Virus record (IMG/VR): IMGVR_UViG_3300031112_000001
Length of the DNA: 64,000 bases
Reading direction: 5' to 3' (one strand)
Source: a virus
The notes beneath the pieces are model-generated. The model was not told the DNA's origin and searched no databases. It worked only from the letters and a program-made list of their open reading frames with translations. Position 1 is the first letter of the stretch; each line of letters opens with the position of its first letter. Below, in pieces: positions 46,623-54,040 of this stretch. Both the position numbers and the translations under genes were made by a program.

Positions 46623-47423
46623 ATGAGCAACAACAACGTCTACTCCATGCGTATGTCAGGACAGGTGATTCAGGCTATCGATGATTACGAAGCCCGTCAC
46701 TTTGCCAAACCTTCTAAGCTGATGGAGCGTATCACCAAAGTCCTGCCGAAGACCGGCGAAGTGGCGTTGATGTACGTGATGGCAACCTCGATTGATCAGC
46801 GTATCGTTATTGTTCACACGCACGACGGCGTGGAGAGCGGTAAAGAGCTGACCATCTCTGAGAAGGGTTCACTGGGCAATCTGTTGTTCTTACATGCCAT
46901 GACGACGGCGACCTGTGCACAGGCGCTGGCGCTGCAATACGGTTTCGGCTACGCCTACGCGTTCGGTCAGAAACTTGCAGAAGGGATGGTGCCGGGCGAC
47001 GGTACTACTTACCCACGTTACGTTGATCGTATCAAGCCTGACATGATGACGGAAGATGCGCAGTACGACATGTTCCGTTTCACCATGATTGGCGAAGCCC
47101 GTGATGATGAACACACAACCGGTCTGCGTGCGGTTATTCGCTACACCGCGCTGCCGTGTGCAGCGGATGTGTCAACCAACTTCCGTGAAGTGTATCCGGT
47201 GGTGCGTGTGGGTCAGTATGTGACCTTTAACTCGTACGTGCCGTTTGATGCGCAGATTCTGGGCCCGTTCGATAACGAGTCCATTCTGCCAGCCGCGAAG
47301 CGTTACGGGCTGACCTGCGATGAAGCAGTGGAAGTGATCGACGATAAAGACCGCGTTGTCGTCTCCGTGAAAAACGGCCTTGACCAGAACCCAGAGTTCC
47401 AAACCCTGACGTTCGGCGGCTAA
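46623..47423 (+). CDS. hypothetical protein (266 aa)
   Basis: TAAGGA RBS; strong terminator at 47430-47467. Confidence 0.75.
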   Translation: MSNNNVYSMRMSGQVIQAIDDYEARHFAKPSKLMERITKVLPKTGEVALMYVMATSIDQRIVIVHTHDGVESGKELTISEKGSLGNLLFLHAMTTATCAQALALQYGFGYAYAFGQKLAEGMVPGDGTTYPRYVDRIKPDMMTEDAQYDMFRFTMIGEARDDEHTTGLRAVIRYTALPCAADVSTNFREVYPVVRVGQYVTFNSYVPFDAQILGPFDNESILPAAKRYGLTCDEAVEVIDDKDRVVVSVKNGLDQNPEFQTLTFGG

Positions 47424-47429
47424 GGTTTA

Positions 47430-47467
47430 CCTCCTTTCCTTCGGGAAGGGAGGATTCCTTATTTTTT
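47430..47467 (+). terminator. rho-independent terminator (UUCG loop)
   Basis: CCTCCTTTCC-ttcg-GGAAGGGAGG (10 bp) then ATTCCTTATTTTTT. Confidence 0.8.
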
Positions 47468-47590
47468 ACGCCTACACGTTATTGTACGAGTATAACCTGT
47501 GCGAATCGAATCATCGTAGGGATTAACCGTAAAATCGCTTAGAATGCGATACAGAGCGTCTAGCGGGCTTACTTCGAACGCATGAAATTT

Positions 47591-47614
47591 CAGATAGATA
47601 TTACTAAGGTGAAC
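47591..47614 (+). promoter_or_regulatory. promoter-like motif copy 5
   Basis: CAGATAGATATTACTAAGGTGAAC; in the 239-nt gap, 49 nt before ATG 47663. Confidence 0.55.
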
Positions 47615-47662
47615 GAATACATTAATCGTTTACATCGACCATTAAAACTGTAAGGAATAATC

Positions 47663-48067
47663 ATGTCTACTGAAATCCGTAACGAAACCAACGCTAAAGT
47701 TATCTCTGCTGAAATGAAAGAACTGGTGAAGTCTTCCCCGTTCTATCTGATGATGCTGATTTGCGCTGAAGAGTCCGGTGTCGAGGAGTCTGTTGAAGCC
47801 ATCAAGGAATGGGAAGCGACACACATGCCGGATTTGATGGAAGTCGCCGACGGCGGCTTTGATATCCCAAAAGAAGCAAAGCTGATTGCCGTCATCTACA
47901 AACCGGACTTCAATCAACCGTTTGAATCTAATGACCTGCACGGCATGATTGATGAGTTCTTGGCACGGGTTGATGCAACCCCGCTGCTTTGTGCAGAAGA
48001 AGAACGTACTGGGTATCCTGCCCGCAAATACTACACCATCGCGAAAGAACGCTTCGCCAACGTCTAA
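47663..48067 (+). CDS. hypothetical protein (134 aa)
   Basis: Downstream of promoter-like motif 47591-47614. GTAAGGAATAATC RBS. Confidence 0.7.
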   Translation: MSTEIRNETNAKVISAEMKELVKSSPFYLMMLICAEESGVEESVEAIKEWEATHMPDLMEVADGGFDIPKEAKLIAVIYKPDFNQPFESNDLHGMIDEFLARVDATPLLCAEEERTGYPARKYYTIAKERFANV

Positions 48068-48076
48068 GGAAACGCT

Positions 48077-48259
48077 ATGACAATCTCAGGAGTAGGTTCA
48101 AGCTATGGTTACGAATCAACGCGTGTCTCTCCTGAGGAGCGTCATGCACGTATCCTAGCCCGTATCAACATGCTGACCATTGAACTGGCAGCAGCTAAAA
48201 CCCGTGGCGATATGGCGGAAGTCTCGCGTATCGCTGCACTGATTGCTGAACTAAAATAA
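48077..48259 (+). CDS. hypothetical small protein (60 aa)
   Basis: TAAGGA RBS, 9 nt after the previous stop. Confidence 0.55.
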   Translation: MTISGVGSSYGYESTRVSPEERHARILARINMLTIELAAAKTRGDMAEVSRIAALIAELK

Positions 48260-48427
48260 TCGACTATTCAAAGAGGCCCATTATGTTAACTCGTAACCAT
48301 CTGAAAGCTATTGCCGGTATCGTCCTGTTCGTTGCTGTTGCTTGCTCTATCATCACCGTTAATAAAGATTACAACCACTGCGTTGACTTAGGCAATTCTG
48401 CAGCACAGTGCACAGGACGCGGCTAAG

Positions 48428-48613
48428 ATGACTTTCTCTGACGCACAGTTCAACGAGTTCATGAACAACCCTCGCATCAAACGCGAGTGGGATAACCTGT
48501 CCAACGGTACCAAACACCGTCAGCAGGAAGAGCAGCCTGTCCGCGTGACAGCGCAAGTATTCGCCGTAGACATGATGGGCAACGTGAGCCCACTGGAGCA
48601 TTACAATGACTGA
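48428..48613 (+). CDS. hypothetical small protein (61 aa)
   Basis: In-frame ATG with a weak AGGA upstream. The 3' end overlaps the next gene's start. Confidence 0.5.
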   Translation: MTFSDAQFNEFMNNPRIKREWDNLSNGTKHRQQEEQPVRVTAQVFAVDMMGNVSPLEHYND

Positions 48614-49031
48614 ACAAGACAAAGGCATTATCGTGAAAACAATCCCTGTTAATGAGCTGCCACAAACCGCGGACGGCCAGACGGCGGATCTTACCCTCCA
48701 TGGACACATGGAAACCCGTGGTCTTGAAGGTGAATCTGACCCGCACTGGTGGAAGCAGTCCAAGGTCGAGGGGACAGATAAACCGACTCCAGAGTTGGAA
48801 AAGCTGTTGACGGATGAGACACCGTTTACGCTCGGCCCACGTGGGCGCTTCCTCGCTCAGCTTCAAACTGAGCAGGACGCCGACGCTTTCGCAGCGGCAA
48901 TGTTGCAAGCCCGTCTCGCCGACCCTACTATTCGCTTCACTCCACCGGTCCGTCCAAAGAAGCGGGAGTCACAGGCTACCCGAAACTATCGTAACGTCAT
49001 GAACGGGCTTATCGCTCGTGCTGCTAAGTAA
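48606..49031 (+). CDS. hypothetical protein (141 aa)
   Basis: GGAG RBS; ATGA-type overlap with the upstream ORF. Confidence 0.65.
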   Translation: MTEQDKGIIVKTIPVNELPQTADGQTADLTLHGHMETRGLEGESDPHWWKQSKVEGTDKPTPELEKLLTDETPFTLGPRGRFLAQLQTEQDADAFAAAMLQARLADPTIRFTPPVRPKKRESQATRNYRNVMNGLIARAAK

Positions 49032-49042
49032 CGGAGTGTAAC

Positions 49043-49207
49043 GTGAGCGAATCTGTTGGGAGCTATCTGCAAACACCGAAGTCGGACGGTCAGGCGTACG
49101 CCGATGCGAAAGCACAGGTAATGAAATACCCGCCGTCTAAACGTGCTTCTGAGTTAGCCAAACTCGAAAAACGTTTTGCTGGTTATTTCGCCAGCAAGAA
49201 CAAGTAA
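49043..49207 (+). CDS. hypothetical small protein (54 aa; below ORF-track cutoff)
   Basis: GTG at 49043 with GGAG 7 nt upstream. Reads VSESVGSYLQTPKSDGQAYADAKAQVMKYPPSKRASELAKLEKRFAGYFASKNK. The stop is immediately followed by terminator 49216-49242. Confidence 0.5.
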   Translation: MSESVGSYLQTPKSDGQAYADAKAQVMKYPPSKRASELAKLEKRFAGYFASKNK

Positions 49208-49215
49208 CCATAATG

Positions 49216-49242
49216 GCCACCTTCGGGTGGCTTTCTTTTTTC
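49216..49242 (+). terminator. rho-independent terminator (UUCG loop)
   Basis: GCCACC-ttcg-GGTGGC then TTTCTTTTTTCT; 3 nt before GTAAGGAGTATT. Confidence 0.85.
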
Positions 49243-49258
49243 TCGTAAGGAGTATTAC

Positions 49259-50296
49259 ATGTCTATCGTTGCGACCGTGTTTCCCGGCTTCAAACTGACC
49301 TCCCCTGACCTGAGCTTAAGAGAGGGCTCGGAGTACAAAAGCCTCGCTAAGGTCGAGCCTGACCTGTGGGAAGTCAAACGTGCTTATGACCGTGGCTACG
49401 AACGTGTGGCGATTTTCCACCGGGGTGAGCTGTTCCATCATCAGTGGAACTTTGAACAGACTGGCGTTAAGACCATGCCACTCAGTGCGATTCAACTGGC
49501 ACAGGCGTATGTTGTCGCCCGGGGCGGTGATACACAGACGATTCGTAATGACCTCGAAGGGCTGAACGTGTTGGCCCGTAAGGTGATTGCCACAATCGAC
49601 CTGCAAGACCAAGGGCGTGCGCAGAGCTGGGCAGAGAAGACGTTTGAAGACCCTCTGGAGGGTGCTGACGAGCTGTACCACACCTGCATGGGTTGGGCGG
49701 GGGATAACCTCCATACGTGGCGCAGTGAGGCAGGCATTAAGATTACCCAACGTCTGCTGTGGGGTATTCAGAAAATCGCCTTCACCTTTGAGATGAAGCA
49801 AGACGACAACACCCTCATCGTTAACAAGAAATTCGACCTGTTAACGGATATCTTCGCACAGGCGAACGATGCACTGGATAACTTCCACACCAATCTCGAA
49901 ATGCTGGGCTGGGTGAAGGGTAAAGATGTAACCCTCCAGCCAATCGATATTGAGCGTCTGCGCAAAGAACGTATCCGTCGTAACTTTTCACACAACCATC
50001 AGCACAACGTTGAGCAGAGTCTGAAGCACAGCACACTGACCTCTGATTGCCGCACCGCAGAGTCTTTCGCCAATGACCTGCCACCGGCCATGCGTGAAGA
50101 GATGATGGAAGCGGCCCGTAACGTGAACGTGGAAGACGCTTATCCTAAGATGGGCGGGGAAGAGCTTTTCCAGACTCGCCGTGACATTCTCGGTCGATTG
50201 GGTGAGCTGGAAGCCATGCCAGAAGGCACGGTTGATGAGATGATTCTGCGTCATGAAGAAGTCAGCCAGTTAAAGGGTGCGCTCTCTCGCCTGTAA
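49259..50296 (+). CDS. hypothetical protein (345 aa); possible member of a local paralog family
   Basis: GTAAGGAGTATT RBS block and its own terminator. The segment IAFTFEMKQDDNTLIV...LEMLGW resembles LTMAFRDDLSLQGRKV...VDKLGW of the next gene. Confidence 0.75.
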   Translation: MSIVATVFPGFKLTSPDLSLREGSEYKSLAKVEPDLWEVKRAYDRGYERVAIFHRGELFHHQWNFEQTGVKTMPLSAIQLAQAYVVARGGDTQTIRNDLEGLNVLARKVIATIDLQDQGRAQSWAEKTFEDPLEGADELYHTCMGWAGDNLHTWRSEAGIKITQRLLWGIQKIAFTFEMKQDDNTLIVNKKFDLLTDIFAQANDALDNFHTNLEMLGWVKGKDVTLQPIDIERLRKERIRRNFSHNHQHNVEQSLKHSTLTSDCRTAESFANDLPPAMREEMMEAARNVNVEDAYPKMGGEELFQTRRDILGRLGELEAMPEGTVDEMILRHEEVSQLKGALSRL

Positions 50297-50309
50297 TAAA
50301 AAATAACCA

Positions 50310-50342
50310 CCCCTACCCGAAAGAGTAGGGGTTCTTTCTTTT
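50310..50342 (+). terminator. rho-independent terminator
   Basis: CCCCTAC-ccgaaaga-GTAGGGG then TTCTTTCTTTT. Confidence 0.75.
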
Positions 50343-50358
50343 CGTAAGGAGTAATAGC

Positions 50359-51051
50359 ATGCACGATTTTAACCTCAGTAAGTTCTGGCAGGCCACACCC
50401 ACTAAATACAGTTTCGATGAGACCGACAATCTGTTCGTTTCAGAGAGCGAAAACTACGACCTCGACGCCCGCTTCGTCAAAGAGCACAACTTAACCGCAC
50501 TGGCGGTGTCGTTCGAAGGGACAACGGTTTACGAGTTTCTTATCCAAGGTAACCCGATTGAAGGGCGTGAGCTGATGGAAGCCTGCTACGCAACCGTTGC
50601 CGGCGCGATGCACAGTGCGCTGCTGGGGACATGGGATGCCAAAGACCGTGATAACTACCTGCGTGATTTGTTCACCATTGTGCGCCAGATTGAGCGTAAC
50701 GCGCCAGATGAAGAAATACAGGAGCTGCTGCGCCGCATTAAACCTGTGAGTGATGACGTTGATTACGCGCCCGATGGCATCTATTGGAACGCCTCGCACT
50801 ATATTCGCAAGTTCTTCCCGGAAGAGGACTCTCTACCACCGGTGCAATACTCTAACGGACAAATGGTTTTCCTGCTGCGTCCGATGTACGACGAGCATCA
50901 AATCGAAGTCCTGACAATGGCCTTCCGCGACGACCTGAGCCTGCAAGGGCGTAAAGTCATCGCGTGGTACATGCATTACGAAGAAGACCTTCAGCAGCTC
51001 ATTACCGAGTTTAAAGAGAGCGTTGATAAGCTCGGCTGGAAGTTGGTGTAA
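50359..51051 (+). CDS. hypothetical protein (230 aa); possible paralog family member
   Basis: GTAAGGAGTAAT RBS and its own terminator. Confidence 0.75.
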   Translation: MHDFNLSKFWQATPTKYSFDETDNLFVSESENYDLDARFVKEHNLTALAVSFEGTTVYEFLIQGNPIEGRELMEACYATVAGAMHSALLGTWDAKDRDNYLRDLFTIVRQIERNAPDEEIQELLRRIKPVSDDVDYAPDGIYWNASHYIRKFFPEEDSLPPVQYSNGQMVFLLRPMYDEHQIEVLTMAFRDDLSLQGRKVIAWYMHYEEDLQQLITEFKESVDKLGWKLV

Positions 51052-51065
51052 ATAAAATAAACGAT

Positions 51066-51088
51066 GCATCCCTTCGGGGATGCTTTTT
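51066..51088 (+). terminator. rho-independent terminator (UUCG loop)
   Basis: GCATCCC-ttcg-GGGATGC then TTTTT. Confidence 0.75.
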
Positions 51089-51110
51089 AAACCTGTAAGG
51101 AGTAATTACG

Positions 51111-51809
51111 ATGAACAACACTGAAAAATTTAAACTTGTTTCTAATGACCGTGGCCTTTTACCAAAAGAAGGTGCGCCGGCTTACGGCACAGAAGACGGG
51201 AAGTTAAAGGTCTGGATTCTCGAAGATACCGATGGCCGCAATAAAGACATGTGCCAAGTTATCGTTGAGTACGACGGAAACGATTTCTCTACGGGCGGCT
51301 TTTCGGGCACCATCGCCTATACCGCCAAGCCGCATGCGCCCCAACGCATTTGGGACCTACTTGGTGACGTGGCGGTATACGTGGCGGTCACTTCAGTTAG
51401 CGAAGAAGAGCGCGTCGCATTCACCCAAAGTGTTTTCGATTTGGCGTTACACCTGCCGACCAGCTCAAGAACAACACCACACAACGTTCAAGAATGGCTC
51501 CTTACGCACTCCCAACATCCGGATCGCTACCGCAGTGACGATTTCTTTTATCACGGAATTCTGAAGTCACTTCGCGGTAACAACATTTCACCCCTCACGT
51601 TCACCGACGGGGATTTGGCATACAAAGCACACACCAGTTTCTTCGGTGGTCCTCGTGTCGAGTTTGAAATCAAGTTCAGCGACGAAAGCCGTGGTTTAGA
51701 AATCCGTAACCACTTCGCGGTGCCGTTCGGCCAAGACTGGCGTCCGGGTCTTGAGAAGATGTTGAACGACCACAAATCTGTGCTGTCGCAGATTAGTCGT
51801 TACCGCTAA
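51111..51809 (+). CDS. hypothetical protein (232 aa); possible paralog family member
   Basis: GTAAGGAGTAAT RBS and its own terminator. Weak collinear similarity to 50359-51051 (HNVQEWLL/EEIQELLR; RVEFEIKFSDE/QIEVLTMAFRDD). Confidence 0.75.
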   Translation: MNNTEKFKLVSNDRGLLPKEGAPAYGTEDGKLKVWILEDTDGRNKDMCQVIVEYDGNDFSTGGFSGTIAYTAKPHAPQRIWDLLGDVAVYVAVTSVSEEERVAFTQSVFDLALHLPTSSRTTPHNVQEWLLTHSQHPDRYRSDDFFYHGILKSLRGNNISPLTFTDGDLAYKAHTSFFGGPRVEFEIKFSDESRGLEIRNHFAVPFGQDWRPGLEKMLNDHKSVLSQISRYR

Positions 51810-51816
51810 CAAAAGG

Positions 51817-51854
51817 CACCCCGCGGGGTGCTCTTTTTTTTTGTTTTTTTTTTT
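51817..51854 (+). terminator. rho-independent terminator with unusually long T tract
   Basis: GCACCC-cgcg-GGGTGC then TCT9GT11. Confidence 0.8.
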
Positions 51855-51887
51855 GCCCTAGGTTATCAGGGCGGCACATCTAAACCA

Positions 51888-51909
51888 CCCGAGAGCCTAG
51901 GCTCTCGGG
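51888..51909 (-). terminator. hairpin 3' of minus-strand helicase-like gene (possible terminator)
   Basis: CCCGAGAGC-ctag-GCTCTCGGG (9 bp palindrome), 7 nt from the stop at 51916. The minus-strand T-run is weak. Confidence 0.45.
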
Positions 51910-51915
51910 CAGCTG

Positions 51916-53487
51916 TTAGAACAAATCGTCGCCCATGCCACCGGTGAAGTGGTTGATTGAGGAGGCGGAGACTTTGTTTTCTTTATCTACATCCCACGGA
52001 AGGATGCCAACGTCATGGAAGGGCAGCACACAATAGTGATGCTTCTCAGGCGTATCGATAATGGTGCGGTGTTTGCCTCGTTGCACCTCGAGGTAGCTGT
52101 GTCCGTTGACGACACGCTTGTTGAAGAACATTTCGCCGTCAGCCTCGTTATCAAGGCTGGTACAGTTGTCGTAGAGACCACGACCTGGAAGACTCTTACA
52201 GAATCCTACTGGGTCAAGCGCTTTCGCTTGTTTACCCGCTGGTGAAATTTGGTGCGGTGCTAATGCAAAGCCTTTCTGACGGATAACCATGATGTTGCGT
52301 ACGATACGGTAAATCTCTTTGATATCCGTACCGGCAATCCCGTTACCGTGGCCAGCTTTGTTAATCGTGCCGAAGTAATCGCCACGCAACCCAACGACAT
52401 GGAACCCGCGTGTTTTCAGGTCCGAGATAATGTCATTGAGGTAATGCACTTTGAAGTCTGTGTTGGTGTGTTTCTGGAACACGTAATCCCAACCGTTCTG
52501 ACGCATCTTGCCACACAGGTAGTCAGACATGCTTTGCGTGTGGGCTTCTTTCTCGAGGTCTGTTGCAGTCTCCGGCATAATCAGCGACGGGGCAACACCT
52601 TCGAAGTGACCGTACACTGCCTGATAACCGTAGGCAATGTTGACATCCAATTCGTTTTCAAACGACAAATCTAAAATCACCGGTGTTAAGGTACCGGGCA
52701 CATCTATCATCACTGAACCCGGGTCATTAAAAATAGGGATAGACAGTGAGGTCAACAAGCTGAACAGCGACTTACAGTTGAACGGCAGGGCCGGCTGTAA
52801 CCACAGCTCTTCGGTAATCCCCTTGTTACAACCCAGCATGTTGTTGATATCTTGCCAACCTGTCCGCAGTCCGTTACCGGCTGCTTTACGGTTGATGCTA
52901 CCAAAAACTTTTACGAACGGCGCGGTGTTATTCGTGACGAGCTCATTGACCAAGCTTGGAATCTTATTATGAGCGCGTTCACCGAACGCTGATAGCGAGT
53001 TCTTAAGTTCGCTCAGTGCGGTGCTAACATCGATACGGGTTTCTGTGCCATTCACGGCACCCCATGCACGACCCAGTTGTTGCTTGAGTGCAACCCCTTG
53101 GATAACTTGACGCATCTGAAAGTAATAGGAGGCGACAAGCTTACGACGATACTCTTGTAGCGCTTCTTCTTCCGCCGGCACGTCCTCACCCTCTTCTTTG
53201 AAGAAGTCGGTTATTGTATCGTATAGAGGGCGCATTTGTGTTGTGGCGAGACGAAGACGCTTCATGACGTGGTTATGGTCGTATTCGACCCCACTGTCAA
53301 TGATAGATGTGATGATATCCTTGATTTCGATTAGGGCAGACCTTTCGTCACCCTCTTCGACGTAGTCAGGTAACCTAGCTTCTAGCAGTATTCTTCTTAT
53401 GACGTCGTGGTCAGTGACCGGGTCGTTAAGAAGGCTCTCCGCATGTAGCGTCGCTAAGGCTGTTATCAACATCATTTTACTATTCAT
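51916..53487 (-). CDS. DnaB-like (RecA-fold) replicative helicase candidate with degenerate Walker A and acidic-aromatic C-terminal tip
   Basis: LRTGWQDINNMLGCNKGITEELWLQPALPFNCKSLF parallels DnaB L-TG---LD--LGG---G-L-II-ARP-MGKT-F. VILDLSFE is Walker-B-like and APHQISPAGK is like the DnaB QLSR region. C-terminus is GGMGDDLF. GAAGGA RBS. Confidence 0.45.
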   Translation of the reverse strand: MNSKMMLITALATLHAESLLNDPVTDHDVIRRILLEARLPDYVEEGDERSALIEIKDIITSIIDSGVEYDHNHVMKRLRLATTQMRPLYDTITDFFKEEGEDVPAEEEALQEYRRKLVASYYFQMRQVIQGVALKQQLGRAWGAVNGTETRIDVSTALSELKNSLSAFGERAHNKIPSLVNELVTNNTAPFVKVFGSINRKAAGNGLRTGWQDINNMLGCNKGITEELWLQPALPFNCKSLFSLLTSLSIPIFNDPGSVMIDVPGTLTPVILDLSFENELDVNIAYGYQAVYGHFEGVAPSLIMPETATDLEKEAHTQSMSDYLCGKMRQNGWDYVFQKHTNTDFKVHYLNDIISDLKTRGFHVVGLRGDYFGTINKAGHGNGIAGTDIKEIYRIVRNIMVIRQKGFALAPHQISPAGKQAKALDPVGFCKSLPGRGLYDNCTSLDNEADGEMFFNKRVVNGHSYLEVQRGKHRTIIDTPEKHHYCVLPFHDVGILPWDVDKENKVSASSINHFTGGMGDDLF

Positions 53488-53500
53488 GGAGCATCCTTCA

Positions 53501-54034
53501 ATGCGAATTCGTTTTTACCCATCGTGGGTGGATCAACCTAACATAGATAATGCGGCGGCCAGTAAAAAGTTAGAAGAGCTACAAGCGGAGTTCTTTAACT
53601 GGTTATATGACTGCCCTCAGGGGTTTAGTTCCAAGCTGTTACCGGAACAGTCTCCTGTCGCATTGTTTAAATCGTTTATGGCTGCAGACCCTGCTCCCAC
53701 TAAATATTATGACCAAGTGCTGAACTTGGTTGAGAAAGGTACGGAAAGCTCGCTCGCCGATTTATATGGGCTAACGAGCTCCGCTGAGTTACGCTGGGTC
53801 TTCTCCCAACGTAATGATATGATTGTCGCCACGTTGTCTGAAGCGAAACCCCACCACTCACATGTGAGTTTTTCGATTCAAGACGACAAGGCAGCAAAGA
53901 AGACGTTCTGCGCAGAACTTTTTAAATATGTGCGTACCAAGACTCGCGTCGTGGATGATTCGTTCAGCACTTCAACGCAGTTTGCTACACATCAGGTGCT
54001 GACGCAAATTTACGCATGTCATTTATTCAACTAG
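53501..54034 (+). CDS. hypothetical protein (177 aa)
   Basis: ATG at 53501 with GGAG 10 nt upstream, only 13 nt from the divergent helicase-like start. The track ORF extends to 53399 across that gene. Confidence 0.6.
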   Translation: MRIRFYPSWVDQPNIDNAAASKKLEELQAEFFNWLYDCPQGFSSKLLPEQSPVALFKSFMAADPAPTKYYDQVLNLVEKGTESSLADLYGLTSSAELRWVFSQRNDMIVATLSEAKPHHSHVSFSIQDDKAAKKTFCAELFKYVRTKTRVVDDSFSTSTQFATHQVLTQIYACHLFN

Positions 54035-54040
54035 AGAATT

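Noticed and set aside
47424-47662. Possible tRNA or small RNA in the 239-nt gap (contains CTTCGAAC, reminiscent of a T-loop)
   Set aside because: I could not fold a cloverleaf: no 5-bp T-stem flanks the TTCGAAC and there is no complementary acceptor stem. The gap is explained by a terminator plus promoter-like motif copy 5.
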